Assembly (NCBI RefSeq): GCF_001194135.2 | Contig: NC_068983.1 | Coordinates: 93,020,709 to 93,084,708 of the forward strand | Reading direction: 5' to 3' | DNA: 64,000 nucleotides | Origin: Octopus bimaculoides | Taxonomy: Eukaryota | Shown here: positions 26,000 to 39,559 of the stretch, piece by piece | Position numbering within the stretch: the first letter of the stretch is position 1 | How the letters are laid out: every line of letters begins with the position of its first letter | The notes under the pieces: generated by a model | Told to the model about the DNA's origin: nothing | Databases searched by the model: none | Seen by the model: only the letters and a program-made list of their open reading frames with translations | Position numbers and translations under genes: made by a program

Positions 26000-26400
26000 T
26001 GATAAGAGCTTGATTGTTTCAAAGACAGAAGACAAACTAGAGAGGAAGGGTATGGAAAATTAAAATCCTTTTTGCCATTTGTAAATCTAAAGAAAAGATG
26101 GGTGAAAGAACTATGACAGAGAACAATACAAGATCTATTGAGAACCACAGAGTACCTAATATTCTACAAGCTTGTTTAAAGGAAGGCTGTCAGAGTTGGA
26201 GGATTTTGTATAAGATGTGTATGAGTAGTTAGTAGTGAGAGCATTCATGAAATGAGCATAGAAAGCACACTAAAGGTAGCTTCCATGGGTACTTAATTGG
26301 CCATGGAAATAGGTATTGAGAAAGCATAAAAGAATAAGAACGGGATAGAAAAAGTTCAGAGAGCTACTACTTCTGTTGGCAACAAAGGGATTCCCTCTTC
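26000..26400 (+). mobile_element. Possible CR1-type C-terminal relic
   Basis: EKVQRAT motif near 26348-26370; otherwise very decayed. Confidence 0.3.
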
Positions 26401-27214
26401 AACTGGAAGGACTCGTGTCAGGATTCATGCATTTATTTCATACAATTAGATAATCTTGCAAGCATTTACATATTTGGATCCCTATATTTATAAATCTGTA
26501 CCACTACAATCATGTCATTGCTTTAGATTTGGGGTTTTGCAATGCTGAATTGTCTGTGTGTTTTGTACATTTGTAATTTTGGAAACCAGATTCTTAGTTC
26601 TTGAATCTGTATTTCTTTAGTTTGCAATTTCTATATTTTCCTATTTTTGCATTATCAAAGTTGTTGAATCTGGTATTCATTCACTGTTGCATGTCTGCAT
26701 GGACAGACACAATGGACAGATGTGTAATAACTAAGCACACACCTAGGGTATATCTAACCACTGAATGGTCTGTGGGTACTTCAACAACATATACAAGAAT
26801 TTCTTGTGTGTATCTCTAAATACGCAAGGTTAAGCAGATGTCCATGTGTATGTGTGCATATATAGGTATGTGTGTGTCTCTATGTGTACACATTAACTCA
26901 GTGGAAGATACATTCATTATTTTTATATGAATAAAGAGTATGTGCATGTGGGCAGCTGCGTATGAGTGCATACAAACACACATGGTGATTGTTCCGTCTT
27001 CATACAAGATTGTCATCTTGTACTTCCTTGTCATCAATGGCATTTCCAAGCTTCCATCCATGACCACTCAGATGACTATTCAAGACCCATTGCAAACTGG
27101 CATAATTTGAACCATATGCATATATGTACACATGTGTCTGTATCCAGCCATTTATGTTTATATTATGCAAATTCCAGCCTCCATCACTTCTATTGTTTCA
27201 GTATACCAATCAAT

Positions 27215-27431
27215 ATTGTCTTTGTCATCTTCTCTGAGATGCAGTATCTTTAGATCAGTCTCCAGCACCTCGGAATACCTGTCACTTTCTTAGGCTGATT
27301 GCAGCATAAGCAAGTGACAGGTATTTCAAGGTAGTAAAAATTCTGGAAAAGGGAGACTGTGGAAGACTTAAGAAAAAGTGCTGGAGACTGTCATCTTCTC
27401 TGAGATACAGTATCTTCAGATCAAAGACAAT
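27215..27431. repeat. Nested direct and inverted repeat element
   Basis: 35-bp direct repeats 27223-27257 / 27389-27423; inverted pairs 27215-24/27422-31, 27256-68/27378-90, 27274-87/27312-25. Confidence 0.85.
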
Positions 27432-27639
27432 ACTGATTCAAGTATCTCAGTTAGAGAACAAGCAACATGCAAACTGCCCTTCACTCTGAAGGAGATCTTT
27501 GTTGCCAACAGGTAACAGCTCCACTCTTATTCTGGTTACTCTACTCTAGTAACCACCACCTTCACTGTTAATTACCACCATCAAATAATAGAAGCTATCA
27601 ACTACTTCTTGTCAGCCTATTCTGCATTCATAGCTTATA

Positions 27640-27950
27640 CTGGGTACAGCTATGGAGTTCCTATGTAGTCTTTTTCATATTGAGTCTGGCCATTTCCATA
27701 GCCATAGAAGAGTTTTGCTTTCATACTTAATAATACCTCAATCTTTGCTTAATTTGCCTTAAAACCTCTAATTTCTAGATTTTGATTTAACGCCTGGAAT
27801 TTCTTTTCTAATTCTGCAATACATACTAGATCATCAGTATATAGGAGTTCCCCTAGACAGTCAGTCAAACTCCTTTGTGATGACCTGCAGGATTATAACG
27901 AATATCAGTGGGCAGAAGATTGGGTCTTGATGGGCACTTACTTTCACATT
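27640..27950 (-). mobile_element. Old RTE RT fragment
   Basis: Reverse complement gives LLYTDDLVCIAELEKKFQA, homologous to LLYADDLVLIAESLPELEKKFQV. Confidence 0.6.
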
Positions 27951-29757
27951 TAATTTATTGCTGAACTGAAGAAGCTTAAATATCATCAATCAATGTGCTT
28001 AATATATCAGCAAAATCTCTTTCAACAAACAACCTACCACCTTTTAAATAAGGAAATAGGTTTCAGAACCTAACTCTTGACTTATTATACCCTACAATAA
28101 CTACAGCATGGTTGCAACAGAAAATAATAGCTTTCTCAGTTGAGTACAGATCTGTCCCATGTTTCACTAAGAAAAATATAGTGTATGCTCCAAAAAGTAA
28201 AACTGTTTGACCTTGAAAAGTGTTAGGAATAGCAATGATTATAAATCTTTTTACTTTTCAGATTTTGCTTTATAAATCTAACCTGAATGGTTAATACAAT
28301 AGAAGTTTTGGCTGGTTAAACTTCATAATGGACCATGCTAAAGTTGACATAACAATGACCTAATGTTACATATGATAAAGCCAAAGCTGGAATTAAATTT
28401 GTGCCATTTATAGCATTTCATAATATCTAATGTTATTTCATAATATCTGAGACAATGAAACATAAAATAACATGGAACACTATAACATGGTCTGAAGCTA
28501 TAAAAGCATGTAATGAGGCTGTCAAAAAGATCTGGTTATGAAACTTAATAATAGAGCTGGGATAAAACAAGGAAATTTTTCATGCAAGGTAATTAAGATT
28601 GAAAACAGATTGAATCAAAGAGTAGACATGAGAGAAGATGTAACAGATTTGTTAACCTACATGGAATCCAATATGAAACAACATGTAAAATATGATAAGG
28701 AAGTTGAGGGAGGTAATGAGGAATAGTGCTGATATTAAAATATATACACAAACATAAAAAAAAAAGAATCCACATCGTTAATATCAAAATATAAGTGTTA
28801 TGATTAGTGTCATTGTGTAAACCTTTGAAGAAGTCAAGCAGAAATAAGTGGAACATAATAAATGAGACTCAAAGAGTAACATAATGACCATGTTCAACTA
28901 ATGAAAGTTTATATGCTTGTAAGGCTCAAGAAGTCAATTTAACCAAGCAAGTCTTATTAATTCTTCATCCATGCTCCCATACTTGTTTGGTTGAGTTAAT
29001 TTTGCATTGGATTAATATTTTTTACAGTTGGATGCTCCTTCCTCTTACTACACTTCCACCAGTAAAAATGGAACTCTTTTTTTTGTGTTAGTTAGGAACA
29101 CTACAGTGAGAGCAGTTAAAAGCTTTGCTTAAAGACATAGAACAATGCCTGTAGTAAGATTTAGATTTGTGACCAATTTGGTTAGTAGCTTACTACTTAA
29201 TCACAGTTACTGTACCCATATTTTAACTGTATTTTTGATATAGAATAAAGAACTTCAAACTGAAGGGTATTTTTCTACACAATTGGCATGTATGTGTGTG
29301 TGTATATATATATGTCCACTAAATGTTACAAATACAAGTGCTAATTCTATCCATGGTTGCTCATCTGCTAGATATAGCAACTAAATCTTCAAATGACACT
29401 ACCATTTAAAAAAAAAAGAAAAAACTTAGCAAAAAAAGACCCCCTCCCCAACTTCCCCAGTATTCTGTTCAACCATCAACCATTCCTCAATATGCTTTGC
29501 CATCTGTAAAAATATCTCTGAGCATTTGCTTATATTTCTCCTCTCTAATTTCACATTTTTAAAAATGAAGGACTTCAATTCAAAACACTGACCTTATCGC
29601 TTTCTTTTTAGCAGCATAAAGTTAATTACCTTGTAATACTCTTATTTATGTTCTCATTCTAGAAATCTTTCTGTATTTCACTAGCACACTGATGCAGATT
29701 TTAACTCTAAATTACATTGAATTGGATTCACATATAAAAGTAACATTAATATATAGT

Positions 29758-32490
29758 ATCATCATTATCAAATGTCTTGTCCATGCTGGTATGGGTTGGC
29801 TGGTTTGACTGGGCTGGCATGCTGCACGAGACTCCAGTCTGATTTGGCATGATTTTCTATGGCTGGATGCCCTTCCCAATGCCAACCACTCCAAGAGTGT
29901 AACGGGTGCTTTTACATGCCACCAGCATGAGTGCCAATTTGTGTGACACCAGTATCTGTCACAACTGTGATTTTGCTTGGCTTGATGGGTCTTCTTAAGC
30001 ATGACAATGCCAAAGGTCTCAGTCATTGCATCTGTGAAGCTCAACACTTGAAAGGAACTCAGCCACTTTGTCTCCGTGAGGCCCAACACTCGAAAGGTGT
30101 TCTTTACATGCCAACAGCATGGGTGTACTTGGTTTGACAAGTCTTCTCAAGCACAGCACATCGCCAAAGGTCTCGGTCACTAGTCATTGCCTCTGTGAGG
30201 CTCAAATTTGGAAAATCATGCTTCACCACCTCGTTCCATGTCTTCCTGGGTTTACTTCTACCACATGTTCCCTCCACAGTTACAGATCAGTACTTCTTTA
30301 CACAGCTGTCCTCATCCATATGCATCACATGACTATACCAGTGCAGTTGTCTCTCTTGTACACCACATCTGATGCCTCTTATGCCTAACTTTTCTCTCAA
30401 GATGCTTACACTCTGTTGAATGTGCACACTGACATTGCACATCCAACGAAGCATACTGGCTTCACTTCTTTCAAGCCTCAGCATGTCCCTGGCTGTCACA
30501 GCCCATGTTTCATTGCCATGCAGTGTAGCTGTTTGCATACAGGCATCAAACAATCTGCCTTTCACTCTGAGAGAGAGAGAGGCCCTTTGTTGCCAGCAGA
30601 GGTAGGAGCACTCTGAACTTTGCCCATCCTAATCTTATTCTCACAGCTGTGCTCTCAGAGCATCCACCTCCACTACTAACCTTGGTCACCTCGATAACGG
30701 AAGCTATCTACTACCTCTAGCTTGTTCCCCTAGCAGTTGATGGAGTCTATTTTCTTCCCTTTTTCAGCATTTATTGTACCTGTACATCTTCCACTTACAA
30801 AAACTAGTTTTCTTATTAACCTTCCTCTGATATTGCTGCACCCTTTATTGTCCAAAGCTTACAGCAGGTGCACCTTATGGAGTTTCTACCTACACCTCTT
30901 CTACAGATTGAGCAGGGCCATCTACCTGAAGGGATTTGTGATTTGTCTGCCTTCCTACTTACTAAAACTTTGGTTTTTGCTAGGTTAACTCTAAGGCCCT
31001 TTGATTCTAGACCTTGCTTCCATACCTGGAACTTCTTCTCTAGTTCAGGTAGTGATTCAGCTATAAGAACAAGGTCATCAGCATAGAGGAGCTCCCAGGA
31101 GCATCCTATCTTGAATTCCTCCGTTATTGCCTGGAGGACTATGAAGAATGAGAGGGGGCTGAGCACCGATCTATGGTGAACCACTACTTGTATCCTGAAT
31201 TCTTCGCTGTACTCATTGCCAACTCTCACCTTACTGGTAGCATCCCTGTACATAGCTTGTACAGCTCTCACCAACCACTCATCTATCCCTAGTTTCTGCA
31301 TTGACCACCAGATAAAGGATTGGAGGAACCTGTCAAAAGCTTTCTCCAAGTCAACAAAGGCCAAGTACAGAGGTTTATCCTTGGCTATGTATTTCTCCTG
31401 CAATTGCCTCATCAGAAATATAACATCAGTGGTGCTTCTCCCTGATACAAAACCAAACTGCATCTCATCTAAGCTAACTCTGTTCCTAATTAGTTGGGCT
31501 ATGACCCTCTCCGTAACTTTCATCACCTGATCCAGCAATTTGATACCTCTGTAGTTATTTCTAACTAAGGTATCACCTTTACCTTTGTGGCAGTTGATTA
31601 TGGTGCTGCTACACCAGTCATTGGGTATGACTCCTTCATGAACCATCTGATTTACAATACAGGGTACTAGACCATTATCCATACTGCCAGATATTTTAAG
31701 CATCCTAGCAGAGATTCCAGATGGGCCATGGACTTTTCCTGTCTTCTTATCCTTAATTGCTTTATCTACCATGGAACTGTCGATTTGGGTAGCTGGTCCC
31801 TCAGTTGGGTCAACATTTGACAGACTCACCTTCTCCCACTCATTCTCTATGTTCGGCAGTCTTTCATAATGGCATTACCAAGCCTCTTTCTTTGCACAAT
31901 CATTACATGCAAGTGTACCATTGTCCATACAGACACATTTCTCTCCTATGACATCATGATTTTCTCTTACACACAGCCTTGCAATCTGAAACACTTCAGT
32001 TCTTTGGTCCTCATGTCATTGAACATAGGCAAACTTCTTTTCTGCTTCTCCCTTGGTTAGATATACTTGTCTCCTAGCATCCCTTCTGGTAATCTGATAC
32101 AATACCCTGCTACCCCCATTCTTCCAGGATTTCCAGGCCTGTTTCTCAGCTCTAATGGCCCTGCCTACTGCATTGTTCCACCACTATGTTACCCTGGGTA
32201 CTGTTGGGACTTTGCACCAGCCACAGATTTGGTGTGTGGCACTGAACAAGTTGTCCCTCAGGAATTCCCAGTTGCTCTCTATGTCACAAGTCTGTAGCTC
32301 CTCCTCCTTTTCATCAAATTTCTCATTTAGGATGTCCCTAAATCTCTCATCATATGAAGGGTCCTTAAGCTTCCAAATCCTTCTTTTCCAGATTGGTTTA
32401 CTTCTTGGCATCCTTCTGGCCTGGATTCTAAAGTCATTAATGACTTGTCTGTGCTGGGGGTACATTCTTCACCAGGGAGGGTCTTTGTAT
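29758..32490 (-). mobile_element. RTE LINE, 5'-truncated (end of endonuclease, RT, 3' UTR)
   Basis: ORF 30816..31829 (337 aa) has RT motifs FVDLEKAFD and LLYADDL; tail at ~29758-29770. Confidence 0.95.
30816..31829 (-). pseudogene. Reverse transcriptase domain of RTE LINE (337-aa open stretch)
   Basis: YRGIKL, QFGF, DLEKAFD, YADD motifs; frameshifts on both sides. Confidence 0.92.
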
Positions 32491-34904
32491 CAAGGAGCAA
32501 CAATGCAACCTGCTGTTTCTTATTTCATCACTTTAATGGAGCCAAACAGTCTATCTAATTTTTAAAAGAATAAAAATCTAGTAGACTTAGATATTTTAGC
32601 AACTGTTCTTTTTGGCTCTCCAGGCCAGCCTTTATCTAGCAAACATAAAATCAAAAGTCTTCTACCCAAGACTATCCTCTTTTATTTTCAGACACAACCA
32701 ATCAAAGATTACATTATGTTCTCTCTTTTTTAAGGCATCAAAATGCAATTTGAAATAGGTTTAGTTGTTATATCTAGCATGTGGAGCAACAATAAAGAGG
32801 CTTACCAGTTGACATATGAATAGAAATGAATGATTAAAAGTCATAGATATTTTCATTCATATACTTAGTACTTCAGTTCATGAAACTCCAAACTTAAAAG
32901 ATTCTTTCACCAAATGATCGAAACAGTTAAAGAGGACAGATTTACCACATCAGTACAAATTACTTGACCTTGAAGAAAACTTTTATTGCCAAGAGCAGCA
33001 ATGATATGAAGTCTGTTCATTTCATAAATTTTGTGAGCTTTACCAACAATTCATATGAAGAATTCTTAACATAAATACCAATCATTAAACCTAAACCATT
33101 CACATTTTAATTTTCTTGACAAATAAAGAATAAAAACAAAGAAAAGAAAACATTGCACACCAGTGTCTCATCAACTATGTGTCACTAAGCAACCAACAGG
33201 AGTTTCATTACTGAAATGTCTTTCCTTTTTTGTATTTTTATTCTCAGTTCATTCTATTACTGGAATGTTCAACGATCAAACAAGATTTCCAATATAAAAA
33301 AAATGGCTATAAAAAAATTCTCAAGTTTAAATCAAAGTTCTTTTTATTTGCTTTTTATTGAAGCATTAAAAATAATTTATAAACAAAATTAATTTTAGTT
33401 TTCTGTTTATATTTTTTAATCTTTCAATATACATATCTAAAGTCCAATGTAGAAAGAAATTAACTTAATTCAGTACCAAACCTACTATAAACAAAAAAAT
33501 ATGTAGGTGAATGACTCTTTGTTACTGCTACAGTCTTAGATGTACTCTCATTGGGGAAACCTATTAATCACTGGTATTCAAAAATGGACCATTCTGTCAT
33601 TTTTTTTTCAGGCTTTATTTACATTATATTTTCTGTTTTATTACAGTGAATCTCTTTCTTTATCACCCTTTCGCTCACTTTCCTCAAATCTTTCACAGAA
33701 GACTCTTTTACAATAAAATACTGCTCGTACATTTGGGGCACTCTGGACTACACCGAGAGAAGGACAGCTTAACTGATTTGCATTCAATCACATTCCAGCT
33801 TCTGGACCAGTCATGCTGTCTCCTCTCTCTCTCCCTCTTCTATGCTACTATAATGGCCTATACTCCCCAGAGATGACTGCCCTCATACACCTACCACTCA
33901 TGCACTTCAAATCCTCTCATCTTTCCACCTTGCACTAAGCACTATATTCAATGTTCCTCTCTAGAACATTAGTCTTCCCTATTTATGTCTTTCCTGCAGG
34001 TGATGACTTGCATCAGTTTAAGCAAAATATTAATGACATCAAACTAATTGATTTTGGAAGGCCTACTAAGTCATGGACACTACCCCTTCCTCTACACTCA
34101 GCAAGTAAAAATATAAATTTTCTTCTTATAAGAAGAAAAATGAATAAACATTTACATATTTGTCTTGCACAAATCACATTTCCTGAACACCACAATTGAA
34201 GTTGTATGTACAAATAACAGCCAACCTCTCTCAAATCACACTTTACAGTCTTAAAAAGAGAAAGAAACACTAGCAATGTAGTCTTCAATACATTATGCTT
34301 GAAAAAAAAAAATGGTCACAATTGAAACATTATTGACCTTTCAATCAAGGTGGGCCTGAATCTAAACAACAATTATAGTATTTATCACACAAGAAAAATA
34401 CTAAGCTTAAAATCAATATTAAGTGTTTCCTCACAAAGAACGATACCTGTATTTTTATAGAAGACAATTTAAGAGTGGGACATTTGATTCCCTAACAACA
34501 TGCAAAGTACATTAGATAATATGAAATAGGTTATGTTTGAACAATGACAAGATAGTCAAGGGCTGGATCATCTTTCCTCATGTTTGTAACCATATCCCAA
34601 GATTATCATCTTCAGATGTCATTTCTGTAAATTACTAGTGTTGATCTGGGTTCTTGACCTTTATCTAATTTAGAAGTATCTTACTCCATCTCACAGCCAC
34701 ACATATGAATACATACAACATAAAAGCACATAAAACAACACACAACTCATGCACAACAGTCACATGTGCAGCACAAACAAGCCATAAATATCACAGACAC
34801 ATACATAAGAACAGAAGCATAACAGTACATACACACTGCACACAAACTCAGCAGCATGCACAATCACATCAGGCAGGCAGGCACATACACACACACACAC
34901 ACAC

Positions 34905-34941
<37 letters not shown>

Positions 34942-35045
34942 TACACACACAATTACCAACTAAAAATCAATGTATTAAATAAGATTTGAATATTTCATAG
35001 ACTTTCTTTTTTTCATATGGTAGTTTTAAAAAATCAATATTGTGA

Positions 35046-35417
35046 ACCCAGAGTTGATAATGTTATCAACAAATGGTGTGAGTTGATAGCTGATATGTGG
35101 AATAAGTGACATTATTAACATGATCAAAATCCATTATTGAAAATGTTAGCATCATAAAATTTGGTGTAGGTGGACACTGGATTAATTGTATTATATAATA
35201 AATAAGTGGCAGTAGTAATGATTTTTAAAACCCAGTGTTATTAACGTTAGCACCAAAAATGATGAGAGTGTGGAGAGATGTATTAAATAAATGACAGTAT
35301 TAGCTCATCTAGAACCCAGTTTTGATAATATCAGCATCAGTGATATTTTATTAATGGTGTAGTTGGACAGTGGAAATGATGTATTAAATATAAGTGACAT
35401 TAGCAATGACTTCAACA
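35046..35417. repeat. Highly diverged minisatellite, four units of about 83-105 bp
   Basis: Units start aa(c/t)cca.. and share gttagcatca, ggtgt, aataagtg(a/g)ca blocks. Confidence 0.55.
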
Positions 35418-36539
35418 TATTTTATAAACAGAAAGAGAGTAAAATCTACTTAATAATCAAAAACTTGAGAAAATATATTTATCCAAAATTCTGTTTTAAG
35501 AAGCCATAAATGTGAACTGAAATATTTACTGAAAAATACTTCAGTTTAGAAATCAGCCTCATTAGTTATTATTACATGTTAATACATATACACACAACCA
35601 TATAAACACATACACGTACTTACAAATATACATGTATGTAAGCAAAGTAGACACACACACACATACAAAGAGTTATTAACGAGTTTTTAATGAGGGATTA
35701 TCAATCTGGATCTGAACAAAATATTTTATAAGCTCTTTGTTAATACACCATGCCGACAAATTATTATAGATTATTAAAGAGCACCACATATTCTGGCAGA
35801 GTCTGAGGTTATAGTTCATCACCATTCTATACTGTAAATGCATGGCTGTATTCCCAGTTAGATCCTTTACACAGAGTGATATATAAGACAAAGTGTAAGT
35901 AATGGTCATTACACACTCTTTTATTGTAGTAAATTTGACTTACAGCTGTTTCCAATAGTCATTATAGGTTCATTATTAATAGATTTACTCAATCAGTCCA
36001 TTGACTGGTTGAAAAAAAAATGAATGACCTAGAGAATGAATTCTACCCTAATCAGAGTAATGGTATTCTGGTGAAAACCAGGCAGAACAATGATAAATGA
36101 ATGATTCAGGCATGGGAATGGGAGCAAAGAGAGGCCATAAGTATAAGGTGAATGGAAGAGAGATCAAGAGAAAAGAGAAAGAGAAGTGATGAGCTGGAAA
36201 AGAACTAAAGGGAAAACAAAGAAAGAGAATGATTAGAGTAGGAGAGGCATAGAATGGAAAAATGAAGACAGGAAGGGACAACTTTGGAAATATGTGGAAA
36301 ATGCACACACTGATTCTAAGAGGAAACAAAATGTAGATGCAGTGTGACAGTAGCTGCTGAACAATGATCTTTTTTGGAAATGACAGAGGATTGTAAGGCA
36401 GCTGACCTGGATTTGTGTAGCTAGAGGACACACACACACACACACACACCACTTTTGGGTCTACTGTAGGCAATATGTATTTTTTGTGGAGGCCTGAGGG
36501 CAGCACACACTCTAGCTATGCTAGTGCCTGGCTTCATCA

Positions 36540-37775
36540 AACATTGAGTCTGAGAAACACAGACCAGTACTCAAGATCACTGCTAACAACAAAGGATCCA
36601 AGGTGGCTACCTCTGACACCTCTACATGTGTCATATTAGTGGCCACTGCCATCACCCTACTGGTCACACCAGTATTCCTGCTGAATATCAGGGGCCCTGT
36701 AACATCCCACCAATGTAAAACCCAATAGCTGAGAGACTTAGTGACATGTAATCAAGCAATATACATGGCATGAACAGAAACACTTCTGGATGCTAACATA
36801 TCAGATACACTTACCAAAATATATTACCAACAGGACAGAAAGGATTAATCTACATCGAGGAAGATGTCATGCCTGCAGTCCTGCTGTTACACTCAAAGTC
36901 AGTCAGTGACACTCTGTTGATAAACATTAAATGAATGAAAATGGTAATATTACATGTCACTCACCAGATGCTCTAAATCATAGGGACTCTTTTGAAAAGA
37001 GCCTCGAAAAGAAGGAAGAAATATTAACCAGCCTAGATGACAGCCTTCACATACTTCTTCAAGAAGACTTCAACCTCTCTAATGTCATATGAAGTCAAGT
37101 CTCTGCACGATCTCATAAACATATTCTTTATGGTGGAAACAGTGCTCCACCCAACAAGTAAAAATGTTCTGGACCTCTGCTTCACAAATAATGCAGTGCT
37201 CATCCATAATGTTAAGGTGGCACCAATGATTTTCTTGGACCATAACTTAAAAGTACTAACAATGCATGTTCTACAGAAAACTGCAGACATGCAGGCAACT
37301 AGAAGCACTCAACTACTCTCCAGCTTGAAATTTCATAAAACTGATTGAAAGGGTATTCAGAAAGAGGTCATAGAACAAAACTGGTCTAATAGTCTCTCTA
37401 CACAAGATATTGACATAGGGCTGCAGTACTTTATGACAATCATGCATGATATATGCAATAAATTGGCTCCAAAGAGAATGATCAAACCAACAGAAAAATA
37501 TAATTCCCAGGGATAGGAGGATTCTAATGGGATGACAAGCAAAAATCTCAAACTGTCTAAAAGGGCCACTAAAGGATAGCAAAAGAGCCTACCTCAGCAA
37601 ACAATCCCATAGAGGATAAGTGAAACACAGAGTGCAGTACAAAAATGTTTTCACAACTCTGCTGGGACACTTGCAAATAGTTATGTCTAATGAGTTCTTC
37701 AGCATCACAGCTCTACACAAGGAGATAGCAATTATTGATAATATCAAAATAGAGGAAACTGGTGTAATATATGAT
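36540..37775 (+). mobile_element. CR1/L2-group LINE relic, endonuclease half
   Basis: LLNIRG start, ORF 37037..37348 with PTSKNVLDLCFTNN and DHN motifs. Confidence 0.75.
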
Positions 37776-38279
37776 ATGAACAAATGCGAGCATGAAAAGT
37801 AATATTTTTAAGATTATAAACCTGGAAAAGTACAGGACATGTTATTACACCTGGAAAAGTATAGGACAAGCTATTACTTCAAGTAAAGTAAAGAATAAGA
37901 AACTTTTTACTTAAAATATTGCAGCAAAGAATGCCAGTTCTTCTAATTTATCATTCTTAGTTCTCATCTTTTAAATTTATTGTGCAAATCTGTTCTGCTA
38001 ATTCATAAGTTTGTCTAATTAGTCACTTTTTTCTGTATTTAAGGTAGTAAAGTAGCCAAATTTTATTTAAGTATAGTGTTATTTGTAAACTATAATAAAA
38101 TAAGTTTTAATATTCAAATTTTAATTTTAGCTGCAGTATTTTAAGTAAAAAGTTTCTTATTCTTTACTTTACTAGAAGTAATAGCTTGTTCTATACTTTT
38201 ATAGGTGTAATAACTTGTCATGTACTTTTCCAGGTTTATAATCTTAAGAATATGATTTTTCATGCTTACATTTTTCCAT
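37776..38279. repeat. Fold-back inverted repeat, ~150-bp arms (37776-37925 / 38130-38279), ~205-bp spacer
   Basis: Roughly 90% arm identity by manual alignment; arms contain an internal repeat acctggaaaagta(c/t)aggaca. Confidence 0.88.
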
Positions 38280-39559
38280 GTAATCCATGATTTTTTCCAG
38301 GCATTGCTGTTATAAGATAATTACTAATGTGTCAATTAATAATTTAAGATTTTAACTTATAAAATACTGAACGATAAGATTTCAATTTTTCCATGTAAGT
38401 GATGATAATATTTCAATTTTTTTCATGTTTAATTTAAATATATGTGGTGATTGAATTATTTAATATTACCCCACACAAAATTAATGGCAGGGAATTTCAC
38501 CATCTTGTTGGTTGCACCATGGCTCACCAAAAGTTACAAACAAGAAGACCCAAAAACCATCAGTTACCAGGCTCACCTTAAGTAACTAAGATTTTGAGTT
38601 GGGGATAATAACACTGACTGCTGCTAATCTAGATTTATCAATAATTATTCAATACAACAGTAATTATAAAAGCATATCAGATATACACAAGTTAAAATTA
38701 CCTACATCCCATTAATATAAATTTGATTTATGAAAAATCCCTTTGAATTAATTTTGGAATTTAAAAACTAAATTTAGAATATAAGCACTTTTAACCAATG
38801 CCTTTTCTGGACAGCCTTACTACATGCCTTCAGGTCTGCTCATAGAGACACAGCCAAAAATGACTATATTCCTGCCTCAATAAATTTAGATGCACATATC
38901 TGAAGCATATAACACATTAATGAACTAGCCTGATTAAATAATTAATTAAAAAGAAAAGGAAAGCAACTGAAAAGGAAAAATAAAAAAAGCAGAAAGCAAG
39001 TTAATCAAAGATGAAAGAGAAAATTAATAATAAAAGTTAAACTTACTCTAATTCAACAGCATATTAAAAATAAGTTTATTAAATACTTAATTAAAAAAAT
39101 AAAATATACGAAAGGTAAAGTTGACCTCAGTGGAATTTGAACTCAGAACGAAAAGACAGATGAAATACCCTTAAGCATTTCGCCTGGCACGCTAAAGTTT
39201 CTGCTAACTCACCGCGTTAGAATGTAAACATTCATTTTTGAAATATATTCTCATCTTAACATTATAGCATGGGGCATTACTTCTTACTTACTGACAGTAA
39301 ATTTCATCACATTTCACCAAATAACTTTTTTTCTAGTAATTGTTCAATGTGACTAATGAATCTGAATTCCTCATGCATTTTCTATTATTTAACCCTAAAG
39401 AAAGTATATTTTTTAATTTTAAAATAAAAAAAACATTATGTTAATTGAAGGTGAATAGGTGCCTTACTGTCCCCTCTGAGGTCATAGATATTTTGATGTA
39501 ACTTTTTTTCTACTGAACTAAATCTCAAACTATTTATGCCAAAGTGTAACTGAGGAAAT

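Noticed and set aside
34149-34249. Cys-containing minus-strand segment within ORF 34013..34288 with a good acceptor
   Set aside because: Open only in phase 0, incompatible with the phase-1 end of the last Caspr-like exon, and no domain similarity.
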